A stretch of DNA of 64,000 bases from Alphaproteobacteria bacterium (GTDB lineage: Bacteria; Pseudomonadota; Alphaproteobacteria; UBA828), in the NCBI GenBank assembly GCA_963422645.2, contig CAXXVO010000007.1, positions 704,001-768,000 of the forward strand. The letters run 5' to 3'. The notes under the pieces were generated by a model. That model made no database searches. It was not told the origin of the DNA and saw only the letters and a list, made by a program, of their open reading frames with translations. Of this stretch, positions 39,579 to 49,411 are shown one piece after another; position 1 is the stretch's first letter; the number at the start of each line of letters is the position of its first letter. The position numbers were made by a program, and so were the translations under genes.

Positions 39579-41761
39579 TCACCCCCCATCACCGTTGAGC
39601 CCGCGCAGCAGCGGCAGTTCGTCCTCGACCGGCAAACGCACATACAGTCCGCGCGTCTTGCCGCGGGTCACATGGCAGCTGTCCAGCCTGCCCGCCTTGA
39701 TCCGTTCCCAGACCGTCTGCCGCGTGACACCCAGACGATCCATTGCCACAGCGAGGGGAACAAACCCCTCCGGAGGCGCCTCACGAAAGCGCTCGCGCAA
39801 GGTCGGGGTCATCCGGATCCGAAGAGGAGCACCTTCGATATCGGGCTGGGCAACCGGAACCAGCCCCTCGCGGATCCAGCGATAGATGGTGTCATCCGAG
39901 ACTCCGATCTCCTTCGCCACATCGGCAACGCCCATGAGCACCGGCTCGTCCCCGTCGGGCTGGTAGGGCGCAATGCCATGGCGGCGACGCAGGCTGCCAA
40001 CAAGCTCGGCCGTGAAATCCAGACCCCGTGCTGTGCGCCGTCCCTGGCGGGTGAGAACCTTCGCGGTCTCCCGGTCGTTGTAAAAGCATGACAGCTTGCG
40101 CACGAGCTCGACCGTGCTGCGCTCATCGCGCCGGGGTGTCGGAGAGCCCGCGAGCATCGGCAAAGTGATCTCGTCGATCTGCCCGCCACGCCAGCGCAAT
40201 GTTGCCATGATCTCACGCTCCTGTCGCGCAAGCTCGATCGTCACCTCGTCGAGGAGGCAGGCGAGCAGGCGCTTGCGCTCGCGCATGGTCGTCGACGACG
40301 CCCCCCAGACCTGCGACAGGCGCGCGCCGAGACCCTCGAAAACCGCGCCGGGGCAGGGGCCGCGGGCTGACGCGCCCGTGCCGCCTCAAGCGCTTCCTGT
40401 GCAGCCTTCTCGGCGCGAAGCGCCTTCTCCCACTCGCGCTCCAGCGTTGCCGCAATCAGACGGTTGTCGGGATCGACCTGCTTGTAGCGCCGCTCGGCAA
40501 GCCGCGCCTCGTACCGGCAGTGCTCAAGATCCAGCTCCCAACGGCGCAACGCGCGCAGGCCGCGTTCAGCAACATCACAAGCCGCCTGCCGGGCCGCCTC
40601 CACCCCCGCCGGCGTGACCGCATCGAGAAACAGACGGGCAACTTCCGCATCAACGCGCTTGCCGCCTGTCGACCAACAACCGCCGCGCCGGCGCGCAGCA
40701 TCGCGCTTGCGGCACTCATACCCCCAGCCCGTCTTGCTGTAGTAGACGGTCATCGGCAATCCGCAGCCGCCGCAGACCGCGAGACCCTGGAGCAGAGCCG
40801 ACCCTTCCCGCGCCGCGCCGCGGGCTCCGTCCGGAGCCATGTGGTTGCGGGCCAGCTGCTCCTGTACTTCAAGCCATTCTGCCCAACTGACATATCCCTC
40901 ATGCTTCTCCGGCTGAAGAATATCCCAGCGCTCCTGGACCGGCCGCAGCGGCGCACCGTGACCAACGCCGCGTTTGAAGCCGTAGGCATAGGCGCCGCCC
41001 ATCGCCGGGTTGGTGAGGATGCGGTACACCCGTTCATAGCGCGCCGGGCCCCATTCCAATGCTGCCCCCGGGTGCCGGCGAGAGGGAACATCCTCGCCCG
41101 CCTCACGCAGCAGCATCGTCGCCTGGCGGGCCGAACCGGCTTGCCGAAAACGCGCAAAGACCGTTGCAATCGCCGCCTGAACCCGGGCATCCGGATCCTT
41201 CCGCAAAGTCGAGCCATCCCGCACAAATCCGATCGGAACGCGCGAGTACAACTCGCCACGAAGCGCCTTGTTCCGCTTTCCGCCCTCCATCCGGGCGCGA
41301 ATAAGAGACAGCTCAGCGGCGCTCACGGTTCCCTTGATCCCCAGGACAAGGGAGTCGTCGTCCCGGCTCGGGCAGTAGATGTGGCAGTCCTCAACCAGAA
41401 CCGTGTCGTGCCTGCGACATAGATCGAGAAGCTGAAACCATTCCATCGTGTTCCTGGCGAGCCGCGAAACCTCAATCCCGAAGATGCCCCCGACATGGTC
41501 CCGGGCGATCAGGTCGCACATCTCCCGAAAGCCGCCACGCTCGCCGCGCGCCTTCTCGCTTGCGCTCTCGCCAAGATCGGCGTCGATCGTCCGTATCCGC
41601 TCGGCCGGCCAGCCAATCTCCCGGGCACGCTCGCCAAGCGCGTATTGGCGCAGCTGCGATTCCTGGTGCGCGTTCACTTGCAAGGGTGTCGACTGGCGAA
41701 CGTAGACAACTGCAAGACGCTCAAGATGACGCTGGGTGATCTTCGACGGATCGACCGTCAT
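39579..41761 (-). pseudogene. Large serine recombinase with C-terminal HTHs, one frameshift
   Basis: YVRQST, EVSRLAR, CGGCG, VDPDNRLIAATLEREW; an extra base in the T4 run at 40339-40342 separates ORFs 40241-41761 and 39579-40286. Confidence 0.85.
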
Positions 41762-41912
41762 CGGCCGCCTCCCGATCCGCAATCCGAACCATCAGATCGG
41801 CCAGACCCTGCACGACGCGATCCCGGTCCGGAGCCGGAAACGCCAGCCACCGGTCCCGGCGCTCCTCCCACTCCATCAGCGCGATCAGCGCCAACTCCTG
41901 CTCCGCATCCAT
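41721..41912 (-). CDS. Small accessory ORF upstream of the recombinase
   Basis: MDAEQEL...WLAFPAPDRDRVVQGLADLMVRI; overlaps recombinase start. Confidence 0.5.
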   Translation of the reverse strand: MDAEQELALIALMEWEERRDRWLAFPAPDRDRVVQGLADLMVRIADREAADDGRSVEDHPASS

Positions 41913-42189
41913 CGCGCCTGAGTTCCCTCTCATCAAGGTCATTCAGAAGATTAAGGAGGGTGAGGAAATCAGACAACTCTCCGATCAGGCGTGGTGCATC
42001 CTCGGGACGGGCTCCAAGGCTCGTCCATGCCGCTGGTATCCAACAACAGCTGCCGTCCGGCATCCGAACCTTCAGAGTCCGGCCCCCGTAACCTCCTTTG
42101 CGCCGATCGAGAATCTCGATCGCCTCACCGTCGAAAGGATGCTTGTAGCGTCGAATGCGAACGGGCTCAGGAGCCTCGGAAGCCTGCAA
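41758..42189 (-). CDS. Accessory ORF of the recombinase element (DUF5372-like)
   Basis: IRRYKHPFDGE...PDGSCCWIPAAWTSL pattern; boundaries uncertain. Confidence 0.5.
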   Translation of the reverse strand: MQASEAPEPVRIRRYKHPFDGEAIEILDRRKGGYGGRTLKVRMPDGSCCWIPAAWTSLGARPEDAPRLIGELSDFLTLLNLLNDLDERELRRDGCGAGVGADRADGVGGAPGPVAGVSGSGPGSRRAGSGRSDGSDCGSGGGR

Positions 42190-42385
42190 GATAGTAGTCT
42201 GTGACGTTCGTGGAGACCTTCGTCGAGACCCCGCGCTTCACCGGCGCACTCTACAAGGCGTCCGGCTGGACCCACGTCGGAACCACCCAGGGACGCGGCC
42301 GATACGACCGCCACACCAGACGCGACCGGCCGAAGAAGGACATCTGGATCCGACCCCTCCGAAAAGACTGGCGGCGAACTCTAAA

Positions 42386-44357
42386 CCGAACTTCCCCCCG
42401 GAAATGGGCTGATTTTCGGGGCTAAGCCGTTGATCTTACGGGCGTATCGGCCTTCGGCGCAGATGCAAAGTGTACCCATGTAAATGGAGAGAGGTGGTTG
42501 ATATGAGGCGGGAGGTGGGCTATGTTCCGTCCCCATGTATATCGAGAGCGTCCCAAACCGGAACTCCCCGCCCGCAATCCTCCTGCGCGAATCATGGCGC
42601 GCGGGCGGAAAAATCAGAAAACGCACCCTGGCCAATCTGTCCAAGTGGCCGCCGCACCTGATCGACGGTCTGCGCATCCTGCTGCGCGGCGGAACCGCAG
42701 TGCCCCGAGGCGAGACGATCCGCGAGCACGACGGCTTCGACATCACCCGCTCGCGTCCCTTCGGCCATGTGGCAGCGGTGCTCGGCGCCCTGCGCGGCCT
42801 CGGTCTGGAACGGCTGATCGGCGCCAGGCGCTCGCGGCTGCGCGATCTCGTGGTGGCCATGATCGTCGCCCGCATCGTGGCGCCGCGCTCGAAGCTCGCC
42901 ACCGCGCGCGGGCTCAGCGAGGACACGCTTGGCCACGGCCTCGGCGAGGCGCTCGCCCTGGGCGAGGTCGGCGAAGACGAGCTCTACGAGGCGATGGACT
43001 GGCTACTGCAGCGCCAGCCCAGGATCGAGCGGGGTCTGGCCGAGCGTCATCTCGAGGACGGCGCGCTGGTGCTCTACGACGTCACTTCGACCTGGCTGGA
43101 GGGGCGCTGCTGTCCGCTGGCGCGTCACGGCTACTCCCGCGACGGCAAGCGCGGCAAGCTGCAGATCGTGTTCGGGCTTCTGTGCAACGCGCAGGGCTGC
43201 CCGGTGGCGGTGGAGGTGTTCGAGGGCAACACCGCCGATCCGGCCACACTGGGCACGCAGATCGACAAGCTGCGCCGGCGCTTCCGGCTTTCGCGGGTCG
43301 TTCTCGTGGGCGATCGCGGCATGCTCACCGAGGCGCGCATCCGCGAGGAGGTGAAGCCGGCCGGGCTGGAGTGGATCAGCGCGCTGCGGGCGCCGGCGAT
43401 CCGCGAGCTGGCCTCCGGCGGGACGCTGCAGCTCTCGCTCTTCGACGAGCGCGCCCTGGCCGAGATCCATCATCCCGACTTCCCCGGCGAGCGCCTGATC
43501 GCCTGCCGCAACCCGCTGCTCGCCGAAGAGCGCGCGCGCAAGCGCGAGGCCCTGCTCCAGGCCACCGAGAGCGATCTCGACGCGATCCGTGCGGCAACCC
43601 GGCGCGACAAGCGCCGTCTCGCCGGCAAGGACAAGATCGGGCTGCGCGTGGGCAAGGTCATCGGCAAGCACAAGGTCGGAAAGCACTTCGACCTGGAGAT
43701 CGCCGATGACGGCTTCGCCTGGCGGCGCAACGCAGAGCGGATCGCCGAAGAGGCGGCGCTCGATGGCCTCTACGTCATCCGCACCAGCCTGTCCGAGCGC
43801 GAGCTCGGGGCCGAGGACACGGTGCGCGCCTACAAGGGATTGAGCCGCATCGAGCGCGCCTTCCGAAGCGTCAAGACGGTCGACCTCAAGGTGCGGCCCA
43901 TCCACCACTATCGGCCTGAGCGCGTGCGCGCCCACGTCCTGCTGTGCATGCTCGCCTACCATGTCGAGTGGCACATGCGCCAAAGGCTCGCCCCCATCCT
44001 GTTCGACGAGGACGACCCGGCGGGCGCGGACGCCGCGCGCGCCTCCATCGTCGCACCGGCAAAGCCCTCGCCTTCGGCCCGGCGCAAGGCCGCCGCCAAG
44101 CGCACACCAGACGGCGTGCCGGTGCATAGCTTCCGCACCCTCCTCGAAGACCTGGCGACCATCGCCAGGAACAGAGTTCAGCCGAAACTGCCCGGAGCAC
44201 CGCCCTTCGACCTGGTCACCAAACCGACGAAGCTGCAGCGCCAGGCGCTCGACCTGCTCGGCGTCAGCCTGTAGCGTACCCAGTACGCGACTCCGCGAAA
44301 CGGTGCTTTCCAAAGCAACCGCAATGGCTTAGCTCAATATCCGCTCCGGAAGTTCAG
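42386..44357 (+). mobile_element. IS1634-family element
   Basis: IR CCGAACTTCC / GGAAGTTCAG; 6-bp TSD TCTAAA at 42380-42385 and 44358-44363. Confidence 0.92.
42535..44274 (+). CDS. IS1634 transposase
   Basis: LYDVTS, GYSRDGK, GNTAD, VGDRGM, YKGLSRIERAFRSVK, RVRAHV. Confidence 0.95.
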   Translation: MYIESVPNRNSPPAILLRESWRAGGKIRKRTLANLSKWPPHLIDGLRILLRGGTAVPRGETIREHDGFDITRSRPFGHVAAVLGALRGLGLERLIGARRSRLRDLVVAMIVARIVAPRSKLATARGLSEDTLGHGLGEALALGEVGEDELYEAMDWLLQRQPRIERGLAERHLEDGALVLYDVTSTWLEGRCCPLARHGYSRDGKRGKLQIVFGLLCNAQGCPVAVEVFEGNTADPATLGTQIDKLRRRFRLSRVVLVGDRGMLTEARIREEVKPAGLEWISALRAPAIRELASGGTLQLSLFDERALAEIHHPDFPGERLIACRNPLLAEERARKREALLQATESDLDAIRAATRRDKRRLAGKDKIGLRVGKVIGKHKVGKHFDLEIADDGFAWRRNAERIAEEAALDGLYVIRTSLSERELGAEDTVRAYKGLSRIERAFRSVKTVDLKVRPIHHYRPERVRAHVLLCMLAYHVEWHMRQRLAPILFDEDDPAGADAARASIVAPAKPSPSARRKAAAKRTPDGVPVHSFRTLLEDLATIARNRVQPKLPGAPPFDLVTKPTKLQRQALDLLGVSL

Positions 44358-44408
44358 TCTAAACCGGTGACATCATCCCCCACCGTCACCGCGTGACCGA
44401 ACGAAAAC

Positions 44409-44485
44409 CCTCGAAATGGAAGATCCCGGCCGAAGTGCTGGTGCGCGAATACGCGCTCCCGCCCTCAATGCCGAAAAGTTTTTAG
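44409..44485 (+). pseudogene. C-terminal remnant of a HigA-like HTH antitoxin
   Basis: KWKIPAEVLVREY...* resembles HigA C-termini (compare LGIPADVLL in the gene at 63139); begins right after a degenerate IS66-like end TGACCGAACGAAAAC. Confidence 0.45.
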
Positions 44486-44572
44486 TTGTGTTGAGCGAGT
44501 GTTGATAAGCCGACTAGCGATACAGGCTCGGAGAGCCCGGTATTTGCTAACTATCTGTTATAATATAATAAA

Positions 44573-45136
44573 TTATCTTTCCAAAGCCAAGATCCGCGAC
44601 GTATCCGCCAAATTGAACATCCTGGACAGGACCCACGTTGCCTGGTTGGCCGCAGAGGGGGTGTCGCGCAGCTTGTGGTGAAGCGCCGTGACATCGGCGG
44701 ACGCGACATCCTTGAGCGGCTTCGTCCCCAAGGCGGGCAGGATGTGGTGCTGCAGGGACATCCGGTAATTCTTGGCCGTGTTCGGCTTGCAGCGGACCGC
44801 GACATGGTTCTTGAGGCAGCGTGCGGCGAGGTCGGCGACGGTGGGCTCGGGCGCCGGCTTCGGGGGCTTCGGATCCTCGCCCCGCTTGATGCGATCGATG
44901 ACAATAGCCGCCTCGCGCCGGCGCTTATCGATCGTCTCGGAGCCGACCGGCCCCAGGGTCACCCGCTTCAGGCCGGCCGGCCCGCGGGACTGGACGATGT
45001 AGAGTTTGCGCCCGGTGGCGTGGACCCTTACCCCGAAGCCGGCCAAGTCGCGGTCCCAGAAGATCGCGTCCTTGTCGTCGGCCTTCAGCCGTTCCACAAT
45101 CCGCTTGGTCAGTCTGAGCGCACTCCGCTTCGGCAT
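44573..45136 (-). pseudogene. Tyrosine integrase, N-terminal arm-binding and core-binding domains only
   Basis: LTKRIVE...WDRDLAGFGVRV...TLG, HILPALG; no catalytic domain, ends in AT-rich DNA. Confidence 0.82.
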
Positions 45137-45448
45137 CGCCTCACCCCCGGTCTCGACCGGCCCGAGCGTCGGTCATCAAACCGCATACGAGCGACATCAA
45201 CTCGGGGACGATTTGAGACGAAGCCTGGCGGCAATGCAAGAGGCAGAAGACCAGTGAGGGCGGAAAACTGCACTTCAGAACAGCGGGTTATCGTACTCCA
45301 GTCGCCGAATGTCGACGTGTGGCGTGGCTTGGACAGATCACCTTGTCACACCGGAACAAGCCCGGGCATGACGAGAAGGGGGAAGGACTCGGTTGGAGAG
45401 GCAGCGCGTCGGTCCGACCGCATGCGAATGAACTTCGGAAACACGGCT

Positions 45449-46366
45449 CTAGCGTCCCCAGCGCAGCGCGAGGAGGTCGAACTCGGCGGCCATGCTGAGC
45501 AGCTGCGCCCGGGTTTCCGCAGGAAGCGCCGCCAGGGGGTGACGCACCCTGTCGCTCTTGATGACGCCGCCTTCCATCATCACCGTCTTGCAGGCGCGCA
45601 GCCCGCATTGCCGGTTCTCGAAGTTGACGAGCGGTAACATGCGGCGGTATTGCGCCGCCGCGTCAGCGCGCGCGCCAGCCAGGTGGTCGATCACGATCGG
45701 TCGAATCTGCTCGCAGGCCAGCGCACTCGTCATCGTGCCGGTGGCGCCTGCATCGAGATCGTCCAGCAGCGTGATGCCCTCCTCGCCGTCGAAGGGGCCG
45801 TCGATGTGCTCACCGGCAGCGGCCAGCAACGCCCGGAGCTTTGCGGCGGCGCCCGGGCACTCGATCTTGAAATAGGCGAGGCGCGGCAGCTCGCGGGCCA
45901 TCCGCGCAAGCAAGGGCACGCCGAGCGTGACGCCGGAGAGCGGCGCATCCTGGACCATGACAGGGATCTCCAGCGCCTCCGAGATTGCGGCAAAATGCTG
46001 GAAGACCCCTTCATCGTCCGCGCGCAGCAGCGCCCCGTGATAGGGCGGCATCATCATGACCATCGCCGCCCCTTCCGCCTCGGCGCGGCGGCAACGCTCG
46101 ACCGCGATGCGCGTGCTGAAATGGCTGCAGGTCACGATGACGGGAACGCGGCCGTCGACATGCTCGAGGCAGGCCGCCTGCAGAAGCGCCCGTTCCTCGT
46201 CGGAGAGCAGGAACTGTTCGGAATAGTTGGCGAGGATGCAGAGTCCATCGACACCCTGGTCGATCATGCAACCGAGAGCGCGGCGCTGACTCCCCAGGTC
46301 AAGCGCGCCGTCTTCGTCGAAGGGAGTCGGAACGATCGGAAAGATTCCGCGATAGGGTGCGTTCAT
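45449..46366 (-). CDS. DHDPS-family enzyme, 2-keto-3-deoxy-L-arabinonate dehydratase-like
   Basis: ILANYSEQF, MMMPPYHG, QDAP, YFKIEC, DGEEGIT, NFENRQCG. Confidence 0.85.
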   Translation of the reverse strand: MNAPYRGIFPIVPTPFDEDGALDLGSQRRALGCMIDQGVDGLCILANYSEQFLLSDEERALLQAACLEHVDGRVPVIVTCSHFSTRIAVERCRRAEAEGAAMVMMMPPYHGALLRADDEGVFQHFAAISEALEIPVMVQDAPLSGVTLGVPLLARMARELPRLAYFKIECPGAAAKLRALLAAAGEHIDGPFDGEEGITLLDDLDAGATGTMTSALACEQIRPIVIDHLAGARADAAAQYRRMLPLVNFENRQCGLRACKTVMMEGGVIKSDRVRHPLAALPAETRAQLLSMAAEFDLLALRWGR

Positions 46367-46465
46367 CGGCACGTCTCCGGGGTTGGACACTGACATGGCC
46401 GCAGCTGCGACACCGAGATTAGCCCGGACCTCTCGCCACGGTCACGGTCTGCGGCGGAATCGGGC

Positions 46466-46480
46466 TATGATCGCCCGATG
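46466..46480 (+). promoter_or_regulatory. Putative -10 box and leaderless ATG, the likely original start of the HpaB-family gene
   Basis: TATGAT-N6-ATG(46478), in frame with the gene at 46745. Confidence 0.45.
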
Positions 46481-46486
46481 AAGGTA

Positions 46487-46753
46487 AACCCGCATGTCTT
46501 GCCCCGGTCACGGCCTGCGTCGCGTCCAGGCGTTCGATCCGCCAGGAGCGGGCCGAGAAGCGTATCGGGGAATACGGTTGAGGGCCGCGACGCCTCGGGC
46601 GGGCGCCTGGGCGCGACCCAAAGGGCGACGATTTCCGGCCGACAGGGTTCGTCAAGCCGCTTCCCCGATGCCCCACATCGCGCTTCGCGTCTTTCCTGCC
46701 CTGTCGGCCGGAAATCGTCGCGCAGACCATGACCGGGGCAAGACATGCGGGTT
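46487..46753. repeat. 267-bp foldback element (MITE-like or structured RNA)
   Basis: 33-bp outer IR (31/33), 18-bp stem 46519-46536 / 46600-46617, perfect 23-bp stem 46625-46647 / 46699-46721. Confidence 0.85.
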
Positions 46754-48211
46754 AAAAACGGTGCCGCGCACCTGCGCGCGCTCGACAAGGACCGGGCGGT
46801 CTATCTCGACGGCGCGCTGATTACGCGCGTCGCCGACCATCCGGCCTTCGCCGCCGCCTGCCGCTCGGCCGCGGCCCTCTACGACTTCCAGGCGGCCGAG
46901 CCCAACATCGAGCGGATGACATTCGAGACCGAGACCGGGCGGCGCGTGAACCGTGCCTGGCAGATGCCGAGGAGCTACGCCGAGCTGGTGGCGCGGCGGG
47001 AGGCGCTCACCGCCTGGGCTGAGCTTCACGCAGGCTACCTGGGGCGCTCGCCCGATCATCTGGCGTCATCGATCGCGGGCCAGATGATGGGGATCGTGGT
47101 CTTCGAGCGTCACGGCGCGCGCTACGCCAATGCGCTCTGCGAGTATTACGCCTACGCGCGCGACAACGACCTCTACCTCAGCTACGTTATCGTCAACCCG
47201 CAGGGCGACCGCTCCAAGTCATGGGGCGAGCAAGAGAGCGAAGAGATGACCATGCGGGTCGTCGACGAGGACGCGGAAGGCGTGACCGTGCGCGGGGCCA
47301 AGATGCTCGGCACCGGCTCGATCATGGCCGAGGAGATCCTGGTCGCGACCCTGCAGCCGCTGCAGCCGGGGGAGGAGCGCTTTGCCATCTCCTTCGCGCT
47401 TCCCCTCGATGCCCGCGGCCTCAAGGTGCTCTCGCGCAGGAGCTATGAGGCAAGCGCCACGAGCCCCTGGGACTATCCCCTCTCCCACCGCTTCGACGAG
47501 AATGATTCCATCGTCTATTTCGACGACGTGAAGGTGCCGTGGGAGCGGATCTTCGTCTTCGGCGACATCGACATGTGCCGGGCGCAGTTCCACGACACGC
47601 CGGGCCACGCCTTCCAGAACTACCAGTCGCAGATCCGCCTGGTGGTGAAGCTCAAGTTTCTGCTGGCGCTGGCGCGCCGCATCGCGGAGACCATCGGCAC
47701 TGCCAAGATGCCGGCGGTAATCGGGCAGCTCGGCGAGATGGCGTCCGAGGTCGCGGCCGTGGAAGGGCTGCTCTACGGCATGGAGAGCGCGGGCAGCATG
47801 GCCGGCGACTACTACGTGCCGAACACGAGCATGATGTACGCCGCGCAGGTCCAGACCCAGGCGCTCTATCCGCGCCTGATCGACGGGATTCGCTCGCTCG
47901 CCGGCGGCGGCCTGATCATGCTGCCGTCGTCGGTGGCGGACCTGGAAAACCCTGACATCGCGCCCCTCTTCGAGCGCACCCAGGTCTCCGCGCGGCCGGG
48001 CGAGGGTGCCGCCGAGCGGATGGCGCTGATGAAGCTCGCGTGGGACGCGGTGGGCTCCGAGTTCGCCGGCCGCCACACCCAGTACGAGATGTTCTATGCG
48101 GGCGCCAAGTTCGTCACCACCGCGCATTGCTACCGGCGCTACGACTGGGCCGCCGCCGACCGCATTCTGGAGGGGCTGATGGCCAGCAATGAAGGCTCTC
48201 GCGAGCGGTGA
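46745..48211 (+). CDS. 4-hydroxyphenylacetate 3-hydroxylase (HpaB/PvcC) family monooxygenase component
   Basis: VADHPAF, GRSPDH, VRGAKMLGT, PLSHRFDEND, FAGRHTQYEMFY. Confidence 0.9.
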   Translation: MRVKNGAAHLRALDKDRAVYLDGALITRVADHPAFAAACRSAAALYDFQAAEPNIERMTFETETGRRVNRAWQMPRSYAELVARREALTAWAELHAGYLGRSPDHLASSIAGQMMGIVVFERHGARYANALCEYYAYARDNDLYLSYVIVNPQGDRSKSWGEQESEEMTMRVVDEDAEGVTVRGAKMLGTGSIMAEEILVATLQPLQPGEERFAISFALPLDARGLKVLSRRSYEASATSPWDYPLSHRFDENDSIVYFDDVKVPWERIFVFGDIDMCRAQFHDTPGHAFQNYQSQIRLVVKLKFLLALARRIAETIGTAKMPAVIGQLGEMASEVAAVEGLLYGMESAGSMAGDYYVPNTSMMYAAQVQTQALYPRLIDGIRSLAGGGLIMLPSSVADLENPDIAPLFERTQVSARPGEGAAERMALMKLAWDAVGSEFAGRHTQYEMFYAGAKFVTTAHCYRRYDWAAADRILEGLMASNEGSRER

Positions 48212-49395
48212 GGGTCGGGGTCGTCAATCTCGGCGCCATCGTCTCCGGCGACTGGCGCAAACCCTTCGTCGAAGGCGATACCCTCGTCGCCGCCGACGGC
48301 CTACTGGAAGCCGTTGGCCAGGTGCCGCCCGCCGCCCTCGACGCCTGCGATGTCGTCATCGACGCCGGCGGCGCGACCGCAATTCCGGGGCTGATCGATT
48401 CCCAAGTCCACGTCACCTTCGGCGACTTCACGCCGCGCCAGAACACCGTGGGCTACCTCACGAGCTACGTCCACGGTGGCACCACCACGGCGATCTCCGC
48501 CTCCGAGGTGCACGTGCCGGGCCGGCCGAAGGACCCGGCCGGAGTCAAGGCGCTGGCGGTCGCGGCCTTCAAGTGCTTCGAGCATTACCGGCCAGGCGGC
48601 ATGCGCGTGCACGGCGGCTCCATCATCCTGGAGCCCGGCCTCACCCGCGCGGACTTCGACGACGTGCACCGGGACGGCGTCTGGCTCGCGAAGGTCGGCT
48701 TTGGGGCGGTGGCGACGGCACGCGACTACGTGGCGCTGGTGCGCCACGCCGGGGAGGCCGGCCTGCTTACGACGCTCCACACCGGCGGCGCCTCGATCCC
48801 GGGCTCCTTCCCCATCACCGGCGCAGACCTGATCGCCATCGATCCCACGGTCTCCTTCCACATCAACGGCGGACCGGTCGCCATCGAGGACCGATATTTT
48901 GAGCAGGTGGCGGCCGAGACCGGGATCGCCATGCAGGTCTGCACCGCCGGCAATCTGCGGACCACGCTGCTCTGCGCCGAGATGGCGCGCAAGCACGACG
49001 CCTTCGACCGCTTCCTGATTGCGACCGACACGCCCACCGGCAGCGGCGTCATGCCGCTCGGCATGATCTACACCATGGTCCATATCGCCTCGCTGGCGGG
49101 CTTCGATCCGACCTGGATGATCGCCGCGTCGACCGGCAATGTGGCGGAAATCTACGGGCTCAACAGCGGCTTCCTCAGGCCGGGGCGGGATGCGGACGTG
49201 GTCATCGTCGATGCCCCGCTCGGCGCCACCAAGCCGGATGCGCTCTCCACCATGAGCAACGGCGATCCGGTCGCCATCGGCGCGGTGATCACCGACGGCA
49301 TTCCCCGCTTCGTCGGCCGCAGCCGCAACACCCCGCCGACCACGCGGCCCGTCACCGTCGCCCGCTGCGAAGTGCCGGCCTTCGATCCTTCGTAG
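48208..49395 (+). CDS. Enamidase-like amidohydrolase
   Basis: PGLIDSQVH, GDFTPRQ, HVPGRPKD, HTGGASIPGS, HINGGP, TDTPTGSGV; GTGA coupling. Confidence 0.8.
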   Translation: MRVGVVNLGAIVSGDWRKPFVEGDTLVAADGLLEAVGQVPPAALDACDVVIDAGGATAIPGLIDSQVHVTFGDFTPRQNTVGYLTSYVHGGTTTAISASEVHVPGRPKDPAGVKALAVAAFKCFEHYRPGGMRVHGGSIILEPGLTRADFDDVHRDGVWLAKVGFGAVATARDYVALVRHAGEAGLLTTLHTGGASIPGSFPITGADLIAIDPTVSFHINGGPVAIEDRYFEQVAAETGIAMQVCTAGNLRTTLLCAEMARKHDAFDRFLIATDTPTGSGVMPLGMIYTMVHIASLAGFDPTWMIAASTGNVAEIYGLNSGFLRPGRDADVVIVDAPLGATKPDALSTMSNGDPVAIGAVITDGIPRFVGRSRNTPPTTRPVTVARCEVPAFDPS

Positions 49396-49411
49396 GCCGG
49401 CGTAGCGACGC

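Larger units (their letters stand above)
39390..42212 (-). mobile_element. Second large serine recombinase element (2.8 kb)
   Basis: Core GAGA repeated at 39386-39389 and 42213-42216; removal restores the DUF4338 frame. Confidence 0.85.
38684..44370 (+). pseudogene. DUF4338 (DruA-like domain) gene split by two insertions
   Basis: Pieces 38684-39389, 42217-42385 and 44364-44370 join to ...RYHYLGY...RFLILPW...PVLIETFVETPRFTGALYKASGW...RRTLNR*; ATGA coupling to tnpC. Confidence 0.85.

Noticed and set aside
38684-44370. Druantia anti-phage system
   Set aside because: Only a DUF4338 gene is present, coupled to an IS66 transposase; no DruE helicase or other dru genes.
45140-45440. tRNA or att site upstream of the truncated integrase
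   Set aside because: No cloverleaf or T-loop motif and no matching direct repeat seen; only a short imperfect hairpin.
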